IMG/VR virus record: IMGVR_UViG_3300028394_000040
DNA length: 64,000 nt
DNA from: a virus
Reading direction: 5' to 3' (one strand)
Below are positions 36,100 to 46,210 of this stretch, piece by piece; within the stretch, counting starts at the first letter, position 1, and the number at the start of each line of letters is the position of its first letter. Both the position numbers and the translations under genes were made by a program. The notes under the pieces were generated by a model. It did no database searches. It was given only the letters and a program-made list of their open reading frames with translations, and was not told the DNA's origin.

Positions 36100-38652
36100 T
36101 TATCTAACTACAGTTCCTGGGTTAAGTAAGTTTCCATAACCTGTTGCTACATTTCTAGCTACAGATGTTGCTAGTTTTTGGCCATCTATTACTAACGTAG
36201 TATTTCCTGTAGATAGTATAGCTTGTTTAACTGCTCTCATCTCTTCTACTAATAGTTTCATTGTCTCTAAGCTATTCTTTCCTAAATAAACCTCTCCAGT
36301 ATCTACTTGGGCTAATCCACCTTTTGTAACAAGACCTCCGGTTGCTAAACCTGCTGCTTTAGCTTCGTCTCCAAAGAATGTATCTACTATACCTTTTCCT
36401 AAGCCGTCAGGTCCTATAGCTTCACCTATCTTATTACCTAACCACGAACCTCCATAAGAACCAGCTATACCACCTATTATAGCCCCGCCTGGTATGGGTG
36501 CTAGTAAAGCTCCTAATGCAGCACCTCCTAATACACTTCCTAGCCCAGCTATTGCCCTAGTACCTACTGCTGAATAAATTCTACTTTTATCTCCTCCTGA
36601 TGCTAAAATGTCTTTAATATCGGAACTTGCAAATATACCTTCGAATAATGCTGATACTGCTCCAATTTTACCGGCAGATCTTAAAAAAGATTTCAAAGCT
36701 CCTGGTTGGGTAAAGAATCCTTTGATAGCAGCCATAGGGTTCAAAGAACTAAACATACTACCACCTGCAGCAGCCCCTCCTCCTGCACCTGCACCTTGGG
36801 TTGTTCCAGGTAAGAGCTGTCCTGTTGTAGAGCTTCTTAACCTACCTGCTAATCTACCAGCACCAGCAGGTACAGCTCCTCCAGCAGCTCCGCCTCCACC
36901 TAGCCCACCTAACATTCCTGCCCCAAAATTATATGCTTTCTTAGCCAGTAATACTCCAGCTAAAACTACAATAGCTTTTAGGACTTTTTCAGATTTAGCA
37001 AGCATTTCTGCCATAGCTGTAAATGCACCTACTATAGGTTTTAATATAGGGGCTAACTTATCAAAGGCCGATAACATTTTATCAACAAGCATCGATATCC
37101 TTTCTTGATAGGACTGCTGTTGAAACTGTCTAGCTAATGCTTCGTCACCTAATTTAGCAGTAGCTTCCTCAAAAGTCATCGTTTTGAGATTTTCATTAAA
37201 AATTGCCCGCGCTTGAGTTAAATCTTTAGCACCTAGGTTAGTAATTGCTTGTTGTTTAACTAACATCTCAGACATCTCTTCGCGAGACATTCCCAATGCA
37301 TCTGCTGTAGCTTCTTGAGCAATACGGTTCATTTTACCGTATCTATCTGCCGTAATATTAAGCTTATTTAATTCTTGCTGTAAACCAACAGTATTATTAG
37401 TTAAGGAGTAATATCTAGCTTTTTCTAAATTTAACTCTCGGCCAGTTATTAACTCAGCCTCCATTTGATTTCTAATAGAGGTTTCAAAATTTAAAAAGCT
37501 TCCTGCTATTTTATCTAACTTATTTAGATCTGTACCCATTGTTCTAGCTGTAGCAGCTGCTTTCGCAAGAGCTGCATCACTCCCAATAAAGTTGATCTTA
37601 ATTGCATTAGATGTATTAGCTATATCTTTTAATACTTGTCTTTCATTTATTATTCTTCCGGTCTGTAACTTTACTAGGTTAATTTGAGCTAATCTACTCT
37701 TAGTAATATCGTCTAAAGTCTTTTTATTAAGTAAAGAAGCGGTATTAACGTCTTCTAATACTTCTGGTTCAAATTTAGCTACATCACGTAATTTAGTATA
37801 AGAATCTATCCTACCTTTATCAAAAGAGGAAGCAGTACCTAAGGCACTATTCATCTCAATTAAAGATTTACTATACTTAGCACCAGTCGCATAAATTTGA
37901 CCGCTTTTATCCGCAGCCATAGAAAGCTGTTCCCTGAATTTAAAACCTGTATCATAGGTTATATTCATAGATCTAGCTAAACTAGCAGCGTCTGTATCAA
38001 ACTGTTTAAAAGAGGTAGCTATTAACCCAAAAACTTTTAATGCTGCTGCGTCAGTAATAGCACCTATAGATTTATCTAATCCAGCTGCTATTATCTTTAA
38101 TCTATTATCAGTCTCTAATGCTTTTTTATTCATAGCTGTTAAAGCTTCTTCTGCTTTAACAAACTGCCCTACAAACGGTATTTTAGTTATACCTTTAAGA
38201 AGATCAGATGTTCTACCTACCCTTATTTCTATTAATCTAGCTAAAGCTGCTTGATTTTCTAACTCTTTTACTTCCTGTTTGGCAAGATTTACTGATTCTT
38301 TTATAGCATCGTTTACTTCTCTTGATAAATTTAAATTAGCTTGAGTAATTCTATTTAATGCAGCACTTACGTTATCTTGTCGTTTTTTAGCTGTAAAAAT
38401 CTGATTTTCAATCTCTGAAAGTTTAGCAGCACCAGATCTTAATTTATTCTGATTATCTAGAATTTTATCTGCAAACCTAGCTGTTTCCTTAGTAAGGTTT
38501 ACTATGTCATTCGTAACCAATTTAAATCTTTCTGGATCGAAAGATTCCTGAATAGCATCAGATAAGCCGGCTTTTAAGACGCCAGCTAATGACATCATCT
38601 GTGCTCTTAATTCCGGGGTATCTAAATTTATATCTAAATTTTGCTTTGCCAT
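36100..38652 (-). CDS. Tape measure protein
   Basis: Long helical Ala/Gly-rich protein with a TM-like region; canonical position after tube and chaperone genes. Confidence 0.8.
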   Translation of the reverse strand: MAKQNLDINLDTPELRAQMMSLAGVLKAGLSDAIQESFDPERFKLVTNDIVNLTKETARFADKILDNQNKLRSGAAKLSEIENQIFTAKKRQDNVSAALNRITQANLNLSREVNDAIKESVNLAKQEVKELENQAALARLIEIRVGRTSDLLKGITKIPFVGQFVKAEEALTAMNKKALETDNRLKIIAAGLDKSIGAITDAAALKVFGLIATSFKQFDTDAASLARSMNITYDTGFKFREQLSMAADKSGQIYATGAKYSKSLIEMNSALGTASSFDKGRIDSYTKLRDVAKFEPEVLEDVNTASLLNKKTLDDITKSRLAQINLVKLQTGRIINERQVLKDIANTSNAIKINFIGSDAALAKAAATARTMGTDLNKLDKIAGSFLNFETSIRNQMEAELITGRELNLEKARYYSLTNNTVGLQQELNKLNITADRYGKMNRIAQEATADALGMSREEMSEMLVKQQAITNLGAKDLTQARAIFNENLKTMTFEEATAKLGDEALARQFQQQSYQERISMLVDKMLSAFDKLAPILKPIVGAFTAMAEMLAKSEKVLKAIVVLAGVLLAKKAYNFGAGMLGGLGGGGAAGGAVPAGAGRLAGRLRSSTTGQLLPGTTQGAGAGGGAAAGGSMFSSLNPMAAIKGFFTQPGALKSFLRSAGKIGAVSALFEGIFASSDIKDILASGGDKSRIYSAVGTRAIAGLGSVLGGAALGALLAPIPGGAIIGGIAGSYGGSWLGNKIGEAIGPDGLGKGIVDTFFGDEAKAAGLATGGLVTKGGLAQVDTGEVYLGKNSLETMKLLVEEMRAVKQAILSTGNTTLVIDGQKLATSVARNVATGYGNLLNPGTVVR

Positions 38653-38678
38653 TCAATAATACTATATGTTATAAATAG

Positions 38679-38703
38679 AAAAAGCGCCTACTTTTTAGGC
38701 GCC
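38679..38703 (-). terminator. Rho-independent terminator
   Basis: GCGCCTA-5nt-TAGGCGC followed by T5. Confidence 0.65.
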
Positions 38704-38966
38704 TTCACACTGTATGTTGCTTCTTTACCTATATTCTTCATAATATCGGGTCTACTAACAGTTCTGTTAGGATTTTCCTCATTAATCATCATATTCTCTT
38801 TTTCAGCAGAAATGGAATCGTAATGCTCTTTTAGCTTATTGAATGTAAACTTTCTAAGCCAGATTGGCATGCTATAAATAGCAGCATAATCATATCCTCC
38901 GTTACTATGAAAGAGTATTTCATGTATTTCTGTAAATAGAGCGAATCTATCACTAGAGCTCAGGCC
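38688..38966 (-). CDS. Tail chaperone extension (gpGT/T4 gp51-like), probably reached by frameshift
   Basis: Open frame GLSSDRFALFTEIHEILFHSNGGYDYAAIYSMPIWLRKF..; no ATG until 38870; begins at a T7 run in the upstream gene. Confidence 0.65.
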   Translation of the reverse strand, partial: GLSSSDRFALFTEIHEILFHSNGGYDYAAIYSMPIWLRKFTFNKLKEHYDSISAEKENMMINEENPNRTVSRPDIMKNIGKEATYSVKAPKK

Positions 38967-39720
38967 AAAAAAAGTTTAGAGTTAAAGGTATATCTATACC
39001 CTCCTCTGTATAGCCATCTGATACGTAATCAAATTTTAATTGAACTCCTGGTGCTGTATCTTTTATATGCTTTCTTAATTCTCTTGATGCCCTAGCCAGT
39101 AGATGATTATCTACGAAATCTCTAATAGTGGCCGCAGTTCTATCACCGTTTACTGATGTAATGATAAATTTTAATCTAGTAGTAATATCAAAAGAACCAG
39201 AAGGGCTTATTTTTTGTAGTCCCAGTATTTCTTTCTCTACTGATTTTTCATCTGCTACAGTAAGAAATTTATATGTTACTTTTGTATTGATACTAGGAAT
39301 AGTAAACTGTAATTCGTTACTACCTTCGTTAAGTAACTGCTCTTTTTCTAGTAACTTATCTTTTACTGTAGATAAATCAACTGTAATAGTTTCTTCTTTA
39401 CCGGTAGAAGGGCTAGTAAATTTAAAAGAGTAATCTTTACCGTAGCCTAATATTCTAGCTGCTACTAAAAGAGCATCTCTATCTTCTACGATTAATTCTT
39501 CGATGTTTACCTTAGAAACTACTAAAGATTGAAGTAATTTGTCTAAAACTGTATTAGCTCTAATGTAGTTAGCATTAGTTAAGATATCCTCTTCTTTGGC
39601 TGTCATATACTTGATTTCTACTTCGCCAGAAGATAATGGATTGTCTTTGCTATAAACTAAACCTTGTGATGGTAATTTTACTGTTTCCGTAGGGAAAGAG
39701 AACTTTGATTCTTGTGTCAT
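38953..39720 (-). CDS. Tail/baseplate assembly chaperone (T4 gp26-like)
   Basis: LPSQG, MTAKEEDIL, ARILGYG, ends NFFWP; between tube and tape measure genes. Confidence 0.75.
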   Translation of the reverse strand: MTQESKFSFPTETVKLPSQGLVYSKDNPLSSGEVEIKYMTAKEEDILTNANYIRANTVLDKLLQSLVVSKVNIEELIVEDRDALLVAARILGYGKDYSFKFTSPSTGKEETITVDLSTVKDKLLEKEQLLNEGSNELQFTIPSINTKVTYKFLTVADEKSVEKEILGLQKISPSGSFDITTRLKFIITSVNGDRTAATIRDFVDNHLLARASRELRKHIKDTAPGVQLKFDYVSDGYTEEGIDIPLTLNFFWPEL

Positions 39721-39755
39721 AACGTGTTAAAACTGTTTGTATATATAAATATGTA

Positions 39756-39790
39756 AAAAACAAAAAATCCCTCGAGATTTCAAGGGATTC
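39756..39790 (-). terminator. Rho-independent terminator after the tail tube gene
   Basis: AATCCCTTGA..TCGAGGGATT hairpin followed by a T-tract. Confidence 0.75.
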
Positions 39791-39810
39791 TAAGTTAAAA
39801 TTATATTCTA

Positions 39811-40296
39811 TTAGAAGTTTAAAATTGCATAATCCATTGCTATCGTTAAATCGATAGAGATGTACTGATCATTCGACCAATCATACTCACCGAAGTTAGC
39901 CGATTTTACATACGCTCCTTTGATAATCCACTCACCTACAATATCACCTACTGGTCCTAATGTATTCAAAGTAATATCTTTTTTGTAAAAGTCTGAGTAT
40001 CCATCACGTCCTGTTACAGACTCGTGTCCTAGACGAACCCATTCCATTACTGCTTGGGCTCCAGAAGGAGTAACCGGATCATATAAAGCTAATGACATAT
40101 CTTGCCATTCTCCTTTTCCTTTCAACTTTCTATAGATGTTGATATGATCTAACTTTACATCAGTAAATTGAATTTGCGGTGAAGCAGCTTTCTTTATGAT
40201 ATATGAAGGAATTCCATCAATATACATTATGAATCTGTTTTGAACTTTTGGTTCAAAAGCAGTGAAAAATATCTCATTTGGATCGAGAACGCTCAT
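39811..40296 (-). CDS. Tail tube protein (gp19-like)
   Basis: FEPKVQNRF, AQAVMEW, YKKDITL, EWIIKGA. Confidence 0.88.
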   Translation of the reverse strand: MSVLDPNEIFFTAFEPKVQNRFIMYIDGIPSYIIKKAASPQIQFTDVKLDHINIYRKLKGKGEWQDMSLALYDPVTPSGAQAVMEWVRLGHESVTGRDGYSDFYKKDITLNTLGPVGDIVGEWIIKGAYVKSANFGEYDWSNDQYISIDLTIAMDYAILNF

Positions 40297-40305
40297 CGTC
40301 TTCTT

Positions 40306-40437
40306 TTATTTTAATTTTTTACAATTATTTCCGTGAAACCTTTTAAAAGCACTTGCGCCTTGTATTTCTCTATCGCAATGTTCACATTTAAAAATTTTAT
40401 AACGCCGAATATGTCTGTAAACTACAATTAAGCGATT
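40306..40437 (-). pseudogene. Remnant C-terminal Zn finger of a homing endonuclease
   Basis: Start-less frame ..KIFKCEHCDREIQGASAFKRFHGNNCKKLK*. Confidence 0.55.
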
Positions 40438-40457
40438 TTAAATAAATATCGTAGTTA

Positions 40458-40889
40458 CTACTTTTTCTTAATTCTTATAACTTTTTTAACTCCTTCTTTT
40501 AAACTAGTTGTTATGTTACTATCCTCAGGAGCCTTATTATTTAATGCTGCTTTAAATGCAGCTAGTAATGTTGTCTTTGGCATATTTTGTAACCCGAAAT
40601 AAGAAGTAATTGTTTCCAATGCACCGTCTAATTCATTTGCTGAACCAATCTTTCCTAAATATTGTTTAATAGTAGGATTTTTATCTATTGCTTTCTGAAG
40701 GTTTGTCTCATCGCCAGTATTCTGTAAAGTTACTGGTGACTGGTCTGTAGCTTCTTCAAGCATTCCTTTTAATTGATTTTTAAGCATTTCTTTTAAAACA
40801 CCTTTGCTATCAATCTTGCTATTTCCTTTTTTATATAATTCGAAAAGAGCCTTCGGAATTTTTACTTTTATATTAGATTGGTTTTTCAT
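40458..40889 (-). CDS. Hypothetical protein
   Basis: 143-aa ORF between sheath and tube genes. Confidence 0.7.
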   Translation of the reverse strand: MKNQSNIKVKIPKALFELYKKGNSKIDSKGVLKEMLKNQLKGMLEEATDQSPVTLQNTGDETNLQKAIDKNPTIKQYLGKIGSANELDGALETITSYFGLQNMPKTTLLAAFKAALNNKAPEDSNITTSLKEGVKKVIRIKKK

Positions 40890-40907
40890 TTTTCTTTTCT
40901 TTTATTC

Positions 40908-42641
40908 TTATTGACCAAATGTAGCACCTGTTGGTGTAATATTGAAGTCAATTAAGATATACTCAGATGTCTTAGTTGGCTGTAAATAAATTGCACCTAC
41001 TAATTGGTTTCTGTCGATTACATCAGGTGTATTGTTAGTATCATCCATTACTACTTTAAATGCATACAATCCTTGTTTTTGTTGTACGTACTGTAAGTAT
41101 GGATTAACTTGGTTCAAGAAGTTATTTCTTGTTGCTTGAGTATTCGGTTCAAATAATAAAGTCTGAGAGATTTGATTAATTTGAGTCTTAAGAGCGATTA
41201 ACAATCTACGTACATTTACTCTGTCTAGAGCAGATGGTTTAGATTGTAATGTCTTTTGACCATAAATTACTGATCCTTGACCAGGGAATAAAGCGATTGG
41301 ATTTACTTTAGATTGGTATAAAGTATCTCTTTGTGCTGAAGATAATCTACGTTCTGGTTGAATTACTGTTGGTAAACCACCTCTGTTAAGACCAGCTGGT
41401 GCAAACCATTCTTGTCCTACTCTATCGTTATATTCGTATGCTGCAGGTATTACTGTAGATGCTGGGCAGAAGAATAGTTTTCCTGTCTCAGAAGAACGTA
41501 ATTGAACCCAAGGCCAATATGTTGCTGCATAACTATTATCTATTGATGTAGATTGTCCAGTTGCAGAATTAATCGTCTGTCCATAAGCAACAGTATCTAT
41601 TACTGCTATTGCGTCTCCTCTATTAGAAGCTAACGATATTAATGAGTTAACTGTAGAAGGAGCATTTTGTAAAGTAATACCAGGTGCAAAAATTACTTTA
41701 AATGAATAAGCATCTTTATTAGCTAACAAACTAATAGCTACATTGTAATCAGCAGCCGCTACTCCTTGTATATCGTTACCTGTCGTAGATGGAATTCTAT
41801 CGTATAATTTTATAGAAGCACTTACTGTTCCAGTAGCTCCACCAAAACATCCGTTATTTGAACCAGAACCTATTGTAGGAATAGAAGCTGTATAAGCTGC
41901 TACTGCTACCTGTCCTTGGGTATTTAAATAATTAGGTGTTGGTAAATTAACACTCTTTACATGAATATATCTACTGTTGTTATTATATGAACCGCTAGTA
42001 GCTAAGTAGTAATTTCCTGATTCATCTACTGTAGGTACAGTGAATTGATTACCTAAAACGTATTCTACGTAGTTATTTGAATTAGGGTCTAAAGACAATC
42101 CAGCCCAAGTTTCTAATACAGTTTTATTAGCCGAGTAATCGTCACCTCGTCTTACAATTATAGAAAATTGTCCGGATCCAGTGTCGGCAGCTGTTACTTC
42201 CCATCTTACATTAGTAATTGAACCACTTACCAAAGAACCAGATACTACACCTAAAGAAGCGCTGAAATCGTTATTCATTGATAACCCTTCAGAATTAGTC
42301 TCTAACGTTAATGCTGTTCCTGCTGTAGCTCCTAAAGAAGCAGTAGCAAAGTTATAAGAACCAGAAGCTACTCTAGTTACTAATAATGACTCTCCTCCTT
42401 GTTGGAAGTAGCTAAATGCAGCCATTGAAGTCAAATATTCGAAACTAGCACCACCGCTAGTAAATAAAGCACCAAATTTAGATTTATAATCTGAATAAGA
42501 AGTTACTAATGTAGGTTCGTTTACTACACCAATAACTGTTGGGCCAACGATTGCTGCCCCTACTGTAATAGGTCCTTGAGTAATTTGGGATGTATCATTC
42601 TCATTTAAGAATACCCCAGGGGATATTAAAGTTTCTGCCAT
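40908..42641 (-). CDS. Contractile tail sheath protein
   Basis: SPGVF, WFAPAGLNRG, VNPI, GQKTLQ, RVNVRRL, LFEPN, NTPDVIDRN. Confidence 0.95.
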   Translation of the reverse strand: MAETLISPGVFLNENDTSQITQGPITVGAAIVGPTVIGVVNEPTLVTSYSDYKSKFGALFTSGGASFEYLTSMAAFSYFQQGGESLLVTRVASGSYNFATASLGATAGTALTLETNSEGLSMNNDFSASLGVVSGSLVSGSITNVRWEVTAADTGSGQFSIIVRRGDDYSANKTVLETWAGLSLDPNSNNYVEYVLGNQFTVPTVDESGNYYLATSGSYNNNSRYIHVKSVNLPTPNYLNTQGQVAVAAYTASIPTIGSGSNNGCFGGATGTVSASIKLYDRIPSTTGNDIQGVAAADYNVAISLLANKDAYSFKVIFAPGITLQNAPSTVNSLISLASNRGDAIAVIDTVAYGQTINSATGQSTSIDNSYAATYWPWVQLRSSETGKLFFCPASTVIPAAYEYNDRVGQEWFAPAGLNRGGLPTVIQPERRLSSAQRDTLYQSKVNPIALFPGQGSVIYGQKTLQSKPSALDRVNVRRLLIALKTQINQISQTLLFEPNTQATRNNFLNQVNPYLQYVQQKQGLYAFKVVMDDTNNTPDVIDRNQLVGAIYLQPTKTSEYILIDFNITPTGATFGQ

Positions 42642-42661
42642 GTCTAATTGAATTGTCTTAT

Positions 42662-42669
42662 TATAAATA
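42662..42669 (-). promoter_or_regulatory. Putative late promoter motif TATTTATA (representative copy)
   Basis: Same 8-mer 10-26 nt upstream of starts at 3555, 6610, 9214, 13120, 38670, 39744, 42662, 43182, 43716, 52874. Confidence 0.65.
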
Positions 42670-42691
42670 TACTATAATATGGCAAAACCGA

Positions 42692-42964
42692 TTACTGAGG
42701 TACTATTATTCCTGTCTCCAAGTCTACAGATGTACCACCGTATTTTTCTATAAGGCTGTCTGAAAATTCCTTCTCAGATTTACTTAACGTTTTTATATGT
42801 TGTTCGGCAATTTTAATCTCATTTTCAATTGACTTTAATTGCTTTTCAACCATATACTTTTGAAGATGTACTTGCCCTAAATCATATACTGATTTAGTAA
42901 AGTTTATTTCGAAAGTTTTTAATTGTTCTAATTCTTCTGGCGTAACTTTAGTTTCTGTAGACAT
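42692..42964 (-). CDS. Small coiled-coil hypothetical protein
   Basis: Ends EKYGGTSVDLETG. Confidence 0.7.
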   Translation of the reverse strand: MSTETKVTPEELEQLKTFEINFTKSVYDLGQVHLQKYMVEKQLKSIENEIKIAEQHIKTLSKSEKEFSDSLIEKYGGTSVDLETGIIVPQ

Positions 42965-42965
42965 T

Positions 42966-43169
42966 CTATGCTGTTAGATTTTGATTTGACTCATTTAATT
43001 CGATTGCTTTGTATAAGCGACCAGTCTCGTCAGCAGCTTGTAATTCTGCTGCTTTAGCTTCTGCTTCTTCATACGTAGCATATTCGTAAATAGGATCTTC
43101 AGGTGTCAATCTAGCCACCCAAATATTATCAACTCCAGGAATAAATTCCATTACTACGATGTACTGCAT
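42966..43169 (-). CDS. Hypothetical protein
   Basis: 67 aa; TATTTATA motif upstream. Confidence 0.65.
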   Translation of the reverse strand: MQYIVVMEFIPGVDNIWVARLTPEDPIYEYATYEEAEAKAAELQAADETGRLYKAIELNESNQNLTA

Positions 43170-43192
43170 AATATTTTTATTTATAAATATAA

Positions 43193-43690
43193 TTACTCTG
43201 CTGTAACCTCAGCAGACGGTTCTTCTATTGGGGTAATAACTAAGTACTTATAGACTAAAGGATAGTTATCGGTAGTATTAACGTCTTTTAAGTCTTCTAA
43301 CTTAATTTCCTTAATAGAGACTTCTTTTTCGTTAGAAACTAAGAATTCGTTATATTCATTCATAAACTTTATATACTCTTCAGTGTAGTACATAGGTTCT
43401 GTAGAATCTTCCGGGTTTTTCTTAGGTTGTGCAACAGGAATAAATAATTCTCCATTCTCATTCTCCTTGCCGTATTGTTTGATTAACTCTTGACGAACAG
43501 CCTCAATAGACTTCTCTTCTTCAGCTAGAGTATTAACTAAACTGTCTAACCAGTACTTTACTGTTGTAATAGGTAGTTTTTGGGCTAGTAAGCCTTCTAA
43601 ACGTACTTCACCTGTTTCTTGATTTTTAGCTCCTTGAAGTTCGGCTTTTAAATCTAAAATTTCAAATAATTTTAACGATATTTTTTTCAT
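43193..43690 (-). CDS. DUF1617-like protein
   Basis: RQELIKQYG..EYNEFL pattern, seen after fibre genes. Confidence 0.55.
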   Translation of the reverse strand: MKKISLKLFEILDLKAELQGAKNQETGEVRLEGLLAQKLPITTVKYWLDSLVNTLAEEEKSIEAVRQELIKQYGKENENGELFIPVAQPKKNPEDSTEPMYYTEEYIKFMNEYNEFLVSNEKEVSIKEIKLEDLKDVNTTDNYPLVYKYLVITPIEEPSAEVTAE

Positions 43691-43765
43691 AATAATCTTT
43701 ATAACTTTGTTTACATATAAATATATAAAATTTTACTAAAACAATCCAAGGTACTTATATTTTTA

Positions 43766-43864
43766 TTAATAAGCAGGGCTAACATTATTTATCCCTAAAC
43801 GACTATTTGCTAAATCAGCCGTTAGTATATTGGTTAAACTATATTGATTGGATATTTTTGTCAT
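43766..43864 (-). pseudogene. Truncated tail-fibre gene start (32 aa)
   Basis: MTKISNQYSLTNILTADLANSRLGINNVSPAY*, starting 1 nt after the previous stop codon. Confidence 0.5.
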
Positions 43865-43865
43865 C

Positions 43866-46190
43866 TTATTTTGCTTTTAATGGTTCTACTATTACTTTAC
43901 CTTGTTCATCTGTCCATTCTGTATCCATCATATGTTTATCTTTTCTTTCTCCTATTACCATCCACGATATCTCATCTGTTGAATTTTGATTCTGACTTTC
44001 TATATAAATAATATTACCTATTACTTTTCCTTTTACTAAATCCCATCCATTCTCATTGGTGGTAAAACATTGAACTTCTCTACATAATGCTTCAAAAGTT
44101 CCTTCTGTCATTGTTGACACCTCATCAATATTAGCTTGAGCCTTACCATTAACAAGAGTTAACTTGCCTCTATAAATTAAGTCTGCTTGAGGACCTTCAA
44201 TAAATGAGTGAACTAATTGATGTGTATCAGGTTTTAATGGATGGTCTATTCTAAATGAACCTGAACCTTTAGATAATGAGCCTGCAACTACAACATTGCC
44301 AGCTGAAGTAACTCTTAATGCATTAGTTCCTGACATATAATTATATGCATTTAAACTATCATCATTATTTAGTACCCATTGATATTTTGCAGTACCAGCT
44401 CTTTTTAATATAAATCCAGTTTGACTTGAACTACCACCATTCATTTCGATAAAACAACTAGCAGATGAATTAATATTTACTAATTCAGGTGTAGTTGCAG
44501 TGCCAATTCCAATGTTACCAGTAGAGCCAATAACAAAATCACTTTGTACTCCAGTACTTGTTCCTCTTCCTAAAACAACATTATTTGAGTAAGCATTTAT
44601 TCCTCCTAAAGTTGTTCCACCATCTCCACTAAATTGAAGAGGGGCATATGTTCCACTTACAATAAATCTTGAACCTACTTCACTACCTCCAACAAGATGT
44701 AATTTATAACTTGGCGAACTCGTTCCAATACCTACGTTGCCAGCAGAGGTAATCGTTAAAGGAGTAGTCCAAGTTATTGCATTACCAGCGGTTCCAGTTA
44801 TCGCCGATTTAAAACTTAATGCTCCCGCCGATAATTGTAATTGCGAAGCAGTATTAGAACCTATATATTTCCATCCAGCATTATAATAAGCATTTACTGA
44901 TAATGCAGTTTCATATCCTCCATATTCATAAATACTTGCCGATTTTACTTGCAATACATTTTCTGTACCTCCTGCCCAAGCACTTGGAGTACTAGCTATT
45001 CCAACATTACTCGAAAACGTGGCTGCTCCTGTCACCCTCGCAGTACCTGTCACATCTAATTTATATCCTGCCCCCGTAGTAGTTCCTCCTAAAAGAAGGT
45101 TACCGTAAATTGCGGTGTCTGTTGTAGAACTATTACCAAGTACAGTAGTGTTAGAGCCAAGACCTGTAGCATCGTATCCGATTACTATTTGATTAGTTTG
45201 GTTGTTTGCTAAAGGAGATGCTTGAAAACCAATCATTATACTATTATCTAAAATAGTAGCTCCAGTTGACTTATTAGCAATAAACCTGCCTGCACTTCTT
45301 CCTATGAAAATATTATATGCACCTGTAGTATTACTAAATCCTGCTACTGAACCTAAATAAGAATTATAATTTCCTGTTGTATTAGCAGCCCCTGTATTTG
45401 AGCCTAAAAAGACATTATCAGAACCTGATGTATTATTACCGCCGGCACTATATCCAAAAAATACATTACTTGCACCTACAGAATTTGAATATCCAGAATA
45501 ATACCCAACAAAGGAATTAAAATTTCCTACTGTAGTACTGTATCCAGAGCCTAGACCTATACTCGTATTAGCAGTTCCTGTAACGTTTGTATAGCCAGCA
45601 TCTTTCCCAATAAATGTATTACTGGTTCCTGTTGTATTTGCTTGTCCTGCTTCAGATCCAACAACTGTATTAAAACTACCAGAACTATTTACTAACGCTC
45701 GATAACCAATAGCTGTATTGTTATTAGTTGTTGCATTATTAAGTGAAGCAGAAGCACCAAATGCTGTATTATAATTACCTGTAGTATTATTTAGCATTGC
45801 TCGAAACCCTACAGCTGTATTATTAACTATATCACCACCTCCTCTACCTAGATTTACATCATCTACAGCTAAACTACCAGTTATAGCTACTGAACCGGTA
45901 AATAAATGAGTATCCGTTAACAAAGAGCCAAACCTAGTAGAGCCTGTGACAAAATCGATTGATGATGTAATAGTCTGTACCACCAAGGTCTGTGCCGTAA
46001 GCGTTCCTTGCACTACCTGTGCACCAGTAAAGGTGTTTGAGCCTGTAGTAGCGTAACTACCTGTTTGAGCTATAAGAGCATCTACTTTGCTATTAGAAGA
46101 TGCTGTATAAGCATTAAGGTTAGCTGTAGTAGCAACTCCAACACCGTTTAAGTTTAAAGAACCGGTAACAGATATGTTTTGGTGTTTCAT
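43866..46190 (-). CDS. Tail fibre/RBP 10 with NTxxG beta-roll repeats
   Basis: Shared TAQTL module; YadA-head-like NTAxG/NxFxG repeats; GNVGIG repeats; C-terminal KGSGSFRIDHP domain. Confidence 0.8.
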   Translation of the reverse strand: MKHQNISVTGSLNLNGVGVATTANLNAYTASSNSKVDALIAQTGSYATTGSNTFTGAQVVQGTLTAQTLVVQTITSSIDFVTGSTRFGSLLTDTHLFTGSVAITGSLAVDDVNLGRGGGDIVNNTAVGFRAMLNNTTGNYNTAFGASASLNNATTNNNTAIGYRALVNSSGSFNTVVGSEAGQANTTGTSNTFIGKDAGYTNVTGTANTSIGLGSGYSTTVGNFNSFVGYYSGYSNSVGASNVFFGYSAGGNNTSGSDNVFLGSNTGAANTTGNYNSYLGSVAGFSNTTGAYNIFIGRSAGRFIANKSTGATILDNSIMIGFQASPLANNQTNQIVIGYDATGLGSNTTVLGNSSTTDTAIYGNLLLGGTTTGAGYKLDVTGTARVTGAATFSSNVGIASTPSAWAGGTENVLQVKSASIYEYGGYETALSVNAYYNAGWKYIGSNTASQLQLSAGALSFKSAITGTAGNAITWTTPLTITSAGNVGIGTSSPSYKLHLVGGSEVGSRFIVSGTYAPLQFSGDGGTTLGGINAYSNNVVLGRGTSTGVQSDFVIGSTGNIGIGTATTPELVNINSSASCFIEMNGGSSSQTGFILKRAGTAKYQWVLNNDDSLNAYNYMSGTNALRVTSAGNVVVAGSLSKGSGSFRIDHPLKPDTHQLVHSFIEGPQADLIYRGKLTLVNGKAQANIDEVSTMTEGTFEALCREVQCFTTNENGWDLVKGKVIGNIIYIESQNQNSTDEISWMVIGERKDKHMMDTEWTDEQGKVIVEPLKAK

Positions 46191-46210
46191 TGTAAATTTT
46201 TATTGTCTTA

